Below are positions 57,478-64,000 of a stretch of DNA of 64,000 nucleotides, piece by piece (the stretch's first letter is position 1; every line of letters starts with the position of its first letter). Under the pieces are notes generated by a model. It worked only from the letters and a program-made list of their open reading frames with translations, had not been told where the DNA came from and made no database searches. The stretch comes from Bdellovibrionota bacterium (lineage in GTDB: Bacteria; Bdellovibrionota_G; JALEGL01; DATDPG01), in contig OY764265.1 in NCBI GenBank assembly GCA_963668355.1, forward strand, positions 864,001 through 928,000, given 5' to 3'. Both the position numbers and the translations under genes were made by a program.

Positions 57478-58353
57478 ATGGCAATCAGCATTCGTGAATT
57501 ATTGGAAGCAGGGGCCCATTTCGGTCACCAGACGCACCGTTGGAACCCCAAAATGAAACCCTATATTTATGGGTCTCGAAATGGCATTTACATCATCGAC
57601 CTTCAACAAACCGCTCAAATGTGGCGAAACGCCTATGAGGCCATCGTACAAACGGTCAAACGAGGGAAAAGGGTGCTGTTTGTGGGGACCAAACAACAAG
57701 CCCAAGAAGTCGTAGAAGAGGAAGCCCTTCGCTGCAATCAGTTTTTTGTCAACCGCCGCTGGCTCGGTGGAATGTTGACCAACTTTAAGACCATCAAGAA
57801 AAGAATTGATCGTCTTGAGGAACTCGGAAAAATCTTAGACACCCAAGAAATTGAACGGTTGTCCAAAAAAGAGGGCGTCAAGCTTCGAAAAGAGCGTCAA
57901 AAACTCGAAAAGAGCTTGGGTGGAATCAAAAACATGACCCACCTCCCTGGAATTCTTGTGGTCGTTGACCCCAACAAGGAACATATCGCGATTGCGGAAG
58001 CTCGGAAATTGAACATTCCCATCATCTCGATCACAGACACCAATTGTGATCCTGACGGAATTGATTTTCTGGTTCCGGCAAACGATGACGCTTTGAAATC
58101 CATTCGACTTTTCGTTCACGACATTGCGGAAGCCGCGTTGGAAGGATCCAAGGCCTTTGAAAAAGTTCTTGAGGAAGAGGCTAACCGTCGACTGCAACAA
58201 GAAGACACGACTCAGGTCGCCCAGGAAACTGCGGCAGCCCAACCCAAACAAACAGAGGGCGGACCTGTTGTAGAGGTGAAGGGAGCCCCTACTCCCGTTT
58301 CCTCTCAGAAAACGGAAACCAAAGAAAACCCGGTTAAAACTCAATCCGAATAA
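57478..58353 (+). CDS. rpsB: 30S ribosomal protein S2
   Basis: LLEAGAHFGHQTHRWNPKM, FVGTK, RWLGGMLTN, DTNCDP, NDDA. Confidence 0.98.
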   Translation: MAISIRELLEAGAHFGHQTHRWNPKMKPYIYGSRNGIYIIDLQQTAQMWRNAYEAIVQTVKRGKRVLFVGTKQQAQEVVEEEALRCNQFFVNRRWLGGMLTNFKTIKKRIDRLEELGKILDTQEIERLSKKEGVKLRKERQKLEKSLGGIKNMTHLPGILVVVDPNKEHIAIAEARKLNIPIISITDTNCDPDGIDFLVPANDDALKSIRLFVHDIAEAALEGSKAFEKVLEEEANRRLQQEDTTQVAQETAAAQPKQTEGGPVVEVKGAPTPVSSQKTETKENPVKTQSE

Positions 58354-58366
58354 GAGGAGCAAGAAA

Positions 58367-58975
58367 ATGGAAGTCACAACAACAATGGTCAAAGAGCTTC
58401 GTGAAATGACGGGCGCAGGTGTTTTGGATTGCCGAAACGCTTTGGTGGAAACCCAAGGAGATGTCCCCAAGGCGGTCGATTTCTTACGAAAGAAAGGACT
58501 CGCTGCCGTCGCTAAGCGTTCGGGTCGATCCACAGCTGAAGGTCTTGTTCATTCATACATTCACGCCGGCGGCAAAATTGGTGTCCTCGTGGAAGTTAAC
58601 TGCGAAACCGATTTCGTGGCAAAAACGGATGAATTTCAAGCCTTCGTGAAAGACGTGGCCATGCACATTGCTGCTGCAAGTCCTTTGTACTTGGACCGAG
58701 AAAGCGTTCCTGAAAAAGTGGTTTCTGCCGAACGCGACATTTACATGGAACAAGCTAAGGAACTGAAGAAACCTGAAAATGTGATGGAAAAAATTGTCGA
58801 CGGTAAAATCGACAAATACTACCGCGACATTTGCTTGATGGAACAAGCCTTTGTGAAAGATCCGGACAAATCCATCCTGGATGTCCAAAACGATTGTATG
58901 GCGAAATTGGGCGAAAACATGGGAATCAAGCGTTTTGCGCGATTCCAACTCGGGGAGACTTCCTCGACAAATTAG
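58367..58975 (+). CDS. tsf: Elongation factor Ts (short form)
   Basis: VKELREMTGAG..DC, EVNCETDFVA, AMHIAA. Confidence 0.98.
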   Translation: MEVTTTMVKELREMTGAGVLDCRNALVETQGDVPKAVDFLRKKGLAAVAKRSGRSTAEGLVHSYIHAGGKIGVLVEVNCETDFVAKTDEFQAFVKDVAMHIAAASPLYLDRESVPEKVVSAERDIYMEQAKELKKPENVMEKIVDGKIDKYYRDICLMEQAFVKDPDKSILDVQNDCMAKLGENMGIKRFARFQLGETSSTN

Positions 58976-59142
58976 TCTCTTCAGGTAGAAAAGCCCATGA
59001 GGACTCTTCTTTGTCTGTCTTTTGGGGGCCGGGAATCACGGCCCTCAAGGGCTTTGTGAGCAAGGATAAGCAAGAGCGACCCATAAAGAATGAAATACCC
59101 GGACCTTTCGTATAGAAAGTCCAAGGAAAGGGGCTAATCGAT

Positions 59143-59871
59143 ATGCCGGAGCCAAGGTACAAAAGGGTTCTTCTAAAACTCAGTGGAGAAGTTTTGTGCG
59201 GAGATTTGGGCCATGGCATCGACCCTGAAATCCTCAATGGGTTAGCCCAAGAGATCAAAAAGATCCAATCCCTGGGGGTGGAAATGGGCGTGGTCATCGG
59301 GGGTGGAAACATCTTCCGTGGCGTTGCCGGTGCGGCCAAAGGAATGGATCGAACCCCTGCGGATTATATGGGCATGATGGCCACCATCATCAACGCCCTC
59401 GCGCTACAAGATGCGTTTGAACGCAATGGAATCCACACGCGGGTCATGAGTGCACTTCACATTCAGCAAGTCGCTGAACCTTATATTGGTCGCAGGGCCA
59501 AGCGACACCTCGAAAAAGGTAGGGTTGTGATCCTTGCGGCGGGAACGGGAAATCCTTTTTTCACCACAGACACTGCCGCTTCCCTTCGCGCCATCGAAAT
59601 TGGAGCAGAAATTCTTTTAAAGGCAACCAAAGTAGATGGGGTGTATGACCAAGATCCCGTGAAACATAAAGGGGCAAAAATGTTCACTCGGCTCCGTTAT
59701 TTAGATGTTCTCAAACGAGAACTGAAGGTCATGGATGCCACGGCAACCTCGCTTTGCATGGACAATCAGATGCCCATGATTGTTTTCAACATGACCAAGC
59801 GTGGAAACATTCAGAAGGTCATTCTGGGAGAAAAAATTGGAACTCTGGTGACAGGAGAAAAACATGATTGA
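59143..59871 (+). CDS. pyrH: UMP kinase
   Basis: [36 protein letters not shown]. Confidence 0.98.
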   Translation: MPEPRYKRVLLKLSGEVLCGDLGHGIDPEILNGLAQEIKKIQSLGVEMGVVIGGGNIFRGVAGAAKGMDRTPADYMGMMATIINALALQDAFERNGIHTRVMSALHIQQVAEPYIGRRAKRHLEKGRVVILAAGTGNPFFTTDTAASLRAIEIGAEILLKATKVDGVYDQDPVKHKGAKMFTRLRYLDVLKRELKVMDATATSLCMDNQMPMIVFNMTKRGNIQKVILGEKIGTLVTGEKHD

Positions 59872-60421
59872 TGATTTACAATCCGATCTACAACAACAAA
59901 TGGAAAAAGCCATTTCAGGATTGAAGGGTGAGTTCAGTCGACTTCGGTCGGGTCGAGCCACCCCTACCCTGCTGGAAGGGGTTCGCGTAGATTACTATGG
60001 CACTCAGACCCCCATCTCTCAGATGGCCAATGTTAACGCTCCGGAACCCCGTCTTCTGGTCGTCCAACCTTGGGACCAAAATGCGCTTCCTTTGATCGAG
60101 AAAGCGATTCAGAAAGCCGATCTCGGTCTCGCACCGCAAAATGATGGAAAGGTGATCCGCTTGCCGTTCCCCCCACTCACCGAGGACCGCCGAAAAGAAC
60201 TAGTGAAGGTGGCACATAAATTTGGGGAAGAGTGTCGTGTTTCCATTCGAAATGCACGAAGACACGGCATGGATGAACTCAAAAAAGCCGAGAAGTCCAA
60301 AGACATCGGTCAAGACGATCAAAAACGCGGCCAAGAAAAAGTTCAGGAACTCACGGACAATTACATCAAAAAAGTGGATGAGTTGGTCGAAGTGAAATCG
60401 AAGGAGATTCTTGAAGTCTAG
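59864..60421 (+). CDS. frr: Ribosome recycling factor
   Basis: [28 protein letters not shown]. Confidence 0.98.
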   Translation: MIDDLQSDLQQQMEKAISGLKGEFSRLRSGRATPTLLEGVRVDYYGTQTPISQMANVNAPEPRLLVVQPWDQNALPLIEKAIQKADLGLAPQNDGKVIRLPFPPLTEDRRKELVKVAHKFGEECRVSIRNARRHGMDELKKAEKSKDIGQDDQKRGQEKVQELTDNYIKKVDELVEVKSKEILEV

Positions 60422-61172
60422 CAAAAATTCTCCGTTCAACTTAACGACGATTCCGAAACACATTGCCATCATCATGGATGGCAACGGGCGCTGGGCCAAA
60501 CGAAACATCTTCAATCGCTTTCGAGGCCATCGTCGAGGAGCTGAAGTCGTCCCTCGGGTGGTAACCGCTTGTCACGAACTAGGGGTAAAACATCTGACCC
60601 TGTATTCTTTTTCTGAAGAGAATTGGAGTCGCCCGAAGGAAGAGGTTTCCGCTCTCATGAAGCTTCTGAAAGAGTTTTTGATTTCACAGCGCCCTCTTCT
60701 GATGGAGAGAAAGGTGCGTTTGCGAGCCATTGGAAACATTGACAAACTTCCTCCAGAGCCTCTCCAAACGCTTCATGAGACCATGAAGCTCACGCAAGAC
60801 CACCAAAGCATGGATTTGGTCCTCGCACTAAGTTATGGAGGAAGAGACGAAATCACGAGGGCCGTAAGGCAAATGGCTAAAGAGGTTCTGAAGGGAAACT
60901 TGAGTCCCGAAGCCATCCATTCGGAAACCATCTCGGCGTTCTTGGACACCGCAGAAATTCCGGATCCAGACCTTCTCATCCGAACAAGCGGCGAAATGCG
61001 CACCTCGAACTTTCTTCCCTGGCAGTTGGTCTACACTGAGCTATACGTAACCCCAGTCTTATGGCCAGAGTTCAATACAGAAGAATTGCATCGAGCCATT
61101 CACGAATTTAACCAAAGAGAACGTCGTTTCGGCCTAACCAGTGAACAGTTATCCACGGGAGCTACCCCATGA
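60411..61172 (+). CDS. uppS: Undecaprenyl diphosphate synthase
   Basis: HIAIIMDGNGRWA, FSEENWSRP, SYGGRDEI, DLLIRTSGE, RERRFG. Confidence 0.97.
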   Translation: MKSSKNSPFNLTTIPKHIAIIMDGNGRWAKRNIFNRFRGHRRGAEVVPRVVTACHELGVKHLTLYSFSEENWSRPKEEVSALMKLLKEFLISQRPLLMERKVRLRAIGNIDKLPPEPLQTLHETMKLTQDHQSMDLVLALSYGGRDEITRAVRQMAKEVLKGNLSPEAIHSETISAFLDTAEIPDPDLLIRTSGEMRTSNFLPWQLVYTELYVTPVLWPEFNTEELHRAIHEFNQRERRFGLTSEQLSTGATP

Positions 61173-62332
61173 ATCAAACCAAAAAATTGACCATTCTTGG
61201 ATCGACTGGATCGATTGGAACCAGCACACTGGACATTGTCTCCAAGCATCCTGACAAGTACTCCATTCTTTCTCTGGTTGGAGGAGACAATCTCGAACTG
61301 CTTTCCAAACAGGTTCTCGCATTTGAGCCCCAATTGGTGGTCACACGAACCCAAGAAGGAAAAGAAAAGCTTTCTGCCCTTTTGAGTGGAAAGTCTTCGG
61401 CGACTCTTCTCTGGGGCCAAGAAGGGGCAGAGGAAGCGGCCAGTTTGGATGAAAATGATGTGGTCGTCTCTGCGATTGTCGGATCTGCGGGTCTGCGACC
61501 CACAATGAAAGCCCTTGAGAAAGGAAAAGTCGTCGCTTTGGCCAATAAAGAATCCATGGTTGTGGCCGGAGCTCTAATGAATCGAAAAGCCAAAGAGAGT
61601 GGCGCCACAATCCTTCCCGTGGACAGCGAACACAGTGCCATTTTTCAGTCGCTTCAAGGAGCCGAAACCTCCTCTGTAAAACGTCTGATATTGACGGCTT
61701 CAGGGGGCCCTTTCTTTCAACAGAAAGAAAAGGATTTGAGCCAAGTGACCCGATCGGAGGCCCTCAACCACCCCAACTGGAGCATGGGAGCAAAAATCAC
61801 GATTGACTCCGCGACCATGATGAACAAGGGGTTGGAAGTCATTGAGGCCTTCTGGCTGTTCGGCCTTCCGGTGAAACAAATCAATGTCATTGTTCACCCT
61901 CAGTCCATCGTTCATTCGATGGTCGAGTATGTCGATGGCTCTACCCTTGCACAACTTGGAATTCCCGACATGAGAGGCCCCATTGCCTACGCACTTTCTT
62001 ATCCAGAGAGACTCGCCAATGTGGTTGACCCTGTGAATTTTGCCAAAGTGGGGACCCTAACCTTCTTTGAGCCGGACCATGAACGCTTCCCCTCTGTATC
62101 TCTGGCCATGGAAGCTTTAGAATGCAGCGAAACTCACCCGGCCGTTTTAAATGGAGCGAACGAAGTGACTGTACAAGCTTTTTTGGAAGAACAGATTGGA
62201 TTTTTGGACATCGTAAAAATCAATCGTGAAGTTTTGCATCGATACCCAGGCGGAGAAAAGGATACCTTAAAGGACTTCCTCTCAGCAGATACTTGGGGAC
62301 GAAACGAAGCAACAAGACTCATCACAAAGTAA
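61169..62332 (+). CDS. dxr: 1-deoxy-D-xylulose 5-phosphate reductoisomerase
   Basis: LGSTGSIG, LANKES, PVDSEH, HPNWSMGAKITIDSATMMNKGLE. Confidence 0.98.
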   Translation: MNQTKKLTILGSTGSIGTSTLDIVSKHPDKYSILSLVGGDNLELLSKQVLAFEPQLVVTRTQEGKEKLSALLSGKSSATLLWGQEGAEEAASLDENDVVVSAIVGSAGLRPTMKALEKGKVVALANKESMVVAGALMNRKAKESGATILPVDSEHSAIFQSLQGAETSSVKRLILTASGGPFFQQKEKDLSQVTRSEALNHPNWSMGAKITIDSATMMNKGLEVIEAFWLFGLPVKQINVIVHPQSIVHSMVEYVDGSTLAQLGIPDMRGPIAYALSYPERLANVVDPVNFAKVGTLTFFEPDHERFPSVSLAMEALECSETHPAVLNGANEVTVQAFLEEQIGFLDIVKINREVLHRYPGGEKDTLKDFLSADTWGRNEATRLITK

Positions 62333-62347
62333 GGAGAGACTTTCTCA

Positions 62348-63994
62348 ATGTTAACGTATTGGCTACTTTTCATTCTTCTTTTTGGAGTCGTGGTATTCAT
62401 TCACGAACTCGGACATTTTCTCATCGCCAAGGCTTCTGGGGTCTACTGTGAAAGATTTGCCATCGGATTTGGGCCGACCCTTCTGAAAAAGAAGTGGGGA
62501 GAAACCGAATACGCCATATGCGCTTTTCCCTTAGGCGGATACGTGAAAATGCGAGGGGAGGATCCCAACGACAAGGACTCGGCCAATGATCCCCGCTCAT
62601 TTTTGACGGCCAAACTGTCTCATCGAATTGGAATTGCCTCCATGGGCCCCATCGCCAATCTCCTTTTGCCCATCGTTGTTTTTTCGATCATTTTCTTGGT
62701 TGGTTTTCCCACCATCACATCCAAAATCGGATGGGTTATCCCCGGATCACCCGCCGAGAAATCGGGTCTTCGGGCAGGTGACATCATTACGAAAATCGAC
62801 GGAAAAGAGGTTTGGAAATGGTCCGAGGTTGAAAAAACCATTCGGGAACAAGCGGGAAAAGCCATTCTCCTTTCGGTCCATCGAAGGGGGGAAACCGTCG
62901 ATCTTTCAGTCGTACCGGACGCTGAAATGATTACCAACATGTTTGGTGAAGAAGAAGAGGCGGGAAAGATTGGGATCAGTCCCCAGTCTTTACGACCTGT
63001 TTTAGGAATATCCGACACACAATCAGCCATGGCTCAGGCTGGCTTTAAAACGGGAGATGTTGTCCTTAAAATCAATGATGAACCCGTTAACTATTGGTGG
63101 GAAGTTGAAGAGGCCTTTCGGCAAAACACGCCAAAACTAACGTTGCAGGTCGAGCGATACACAGACGTATTGAAAGACAGAGATTCCAACAAACACACGT
63201 TTTCCATTCCTACCCAGAACAAAACATTGGAGGAACTCGGAGCCACGTCTGGAGAACTTTTCATTCGTCAGGTTCAACCCGAGAGCGTAGCAAAGGAAAT
63301 TGGCCTTCAAGCCAACGACCTTCTTTTTTCCATCAACGATGAGAAACTCGACAGTTGGTCCACTTTCCAGAATCGCATTCAGAATAACCGGGGAGAGAAA
63401 ATCAAACTGGGCGTCAAGCGAAATGGAAAGCTCATTCACTTAGATTTTGTCCCGGAAGAAGTGGAATCCAAAAACATGGTTACCAAGGCCAAGGAAACGA
63501 AACGCCAACTCGGCGTTCTTTCCACGGCCATCCCCGGAGAAGTCGACCAAAAAAGCGAACGCTATCTGAATCCGATCTTTGCCCTGGGACATGGCATCAA
63601 AATGACAGGAGAAATGATCGGTCTAACGGTTGCGGGGCTTTACCGCCTATTCACGGGAAAACTCTCCGTAAAAAGGTCTTTGGGAGGGCCCATTTCAATT
63701 TTCTACTTGGCCGGAGGTTCCTACGAAACAGGTGGATGGATTTCCTTCTTTCGAATGATGGCTCTCTTAAGCATCACACTCGGAATCATCAACCTTCTTC
63801 CCATTCCGGTATTGGACGGAGGACATATTTTCTTCTTTCTCATCGAGGCGATAAAAGGAAGTCCTGTAGACATGAAGATTCGAGAGATGGCTCAACAAGT
63901 CGGTCTTCTAATCATCATCCTTCTCATGGCCTTAACATTTTATGTCGACATTGAACGTTATTTTTTCGATCGCATTCGATCATTATTCAATTAG
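62348..63994 (+). CDS. rseP: RIP metalloprotease RseP with three PDZ domains
   Basis: HELGH, PLGGYVKM, MGPIAN, NLLPIPVLDGGH; three SP/SA-A..G(L/F)..(G/N)D PDZ motifs. Confidence 0.96.
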   Translation: MLTYWLLFILLFGVVVFIHELGHFLIAKASGVYCERFAIGFGPTLLKKKWGETEYAICAFPLGGYVKMRGEDPNDKDSANDPRSFLTAKLSHRIGIASMGPIANLLLPIVVFSIIFLVGFPTITSKIGWVIPGSPAEKSGLRAGDIITKIDGKEVWKWSEVEKTIREQAGKAILLSVHRRGETVDLSVVPDAEMITNMFGEEEEAGKIGISPQSLRPVLGISDTQSAMAQAGFKTGDVVLKINDEPVNYWWEVEEAFRQNTPKLTLQVERYTDVLKDRDSNKHTFSIPTQNKTLEELGATSGELFIRQVQPESVAKEIGLQANDLLFSINDEKLDSWSTFQNRIQNNRGEKIKLGVKRNGKLIHLDFVPEEVESKNMVTKAKETKRQLGVLSTAIPGEVDQKSERYLNPIFALGHGIKMTGEMIGLTVAGLYRLFTGKLSVKRSLGGPISIFYLAGGSYETGGWISFFRMMALLSITLGIINLLPIPVLDGGHIFFFLIEAIKGSPVDMKIREMAQQVGLLIIILLMALTFYVDIERYFFDRIRSLFN

Positions 63995-64000
63995 ACCATG

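Noticed and set aside
57835..58533. 232-aa antisense ORF over rpsB/tsf, and similar long antisense ORFs at 29464-30174 and 51185-51856
   Set aside because: They lie opposite or out of frame to well-supported genes and have no motifs of their own

Overview
Bacterial chromosomal window, densely coding. TIGR02147-like, Tad ATPase, several PilZ, SWIB-H1 and three-PDZ RseP genes suggest a Bdellovibrionota/Deltaproteobacteria-like lineage (inference). The left end (1-8.6 kb) holds two divergent FG-GAP/ASPIC-UnbV (CRTAC1-like) genes. They are followed by an operon with its own sigma70 promoter: an orphan OmpA-domain/solute-binding fusion, a REC-GGEEF diguanylate cyclase and an Asp/Asn beta-hydroxylase-like gene. 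This ends at tRNA-Pro(CGG), which carries a 161-bp structured insert bounded by a duplicated tRNA 3' end. The middle is mixed housekeeping and regulatory genes (degP, PocR-sigma54 activator, nrdJ, PduO-type adenosyltransferase, greA, ampG, long-form ispG, comM/yifB, lapA/lapB, rsmB, tatA, six-PAS kinase, asnS, cpaF). The right end is the rpsB-tsf-pyrH-frr-uppS-dxr-rseP cluster, which lacks cdsA. The most unusual signals are: (i) a twin-hairpin element at 33.4-33.6 kb whose two unrelated stems present mutually complementary 23-nt loops, forming 31-bp inverted repeats around a promoter-like segment; (ii) an A_AAA_AAG slippery site that would fuse lapA to a TM-less lapB by -1 frameshift; (iii) the tRNA-Pro mini-element; (iv) the OmpA-SBP/DGC/hydroxylase operon. 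No CRISPR array, rRNA, integrase or transposase was seen. All product calls come from motif recognition by eye, not from database searches.
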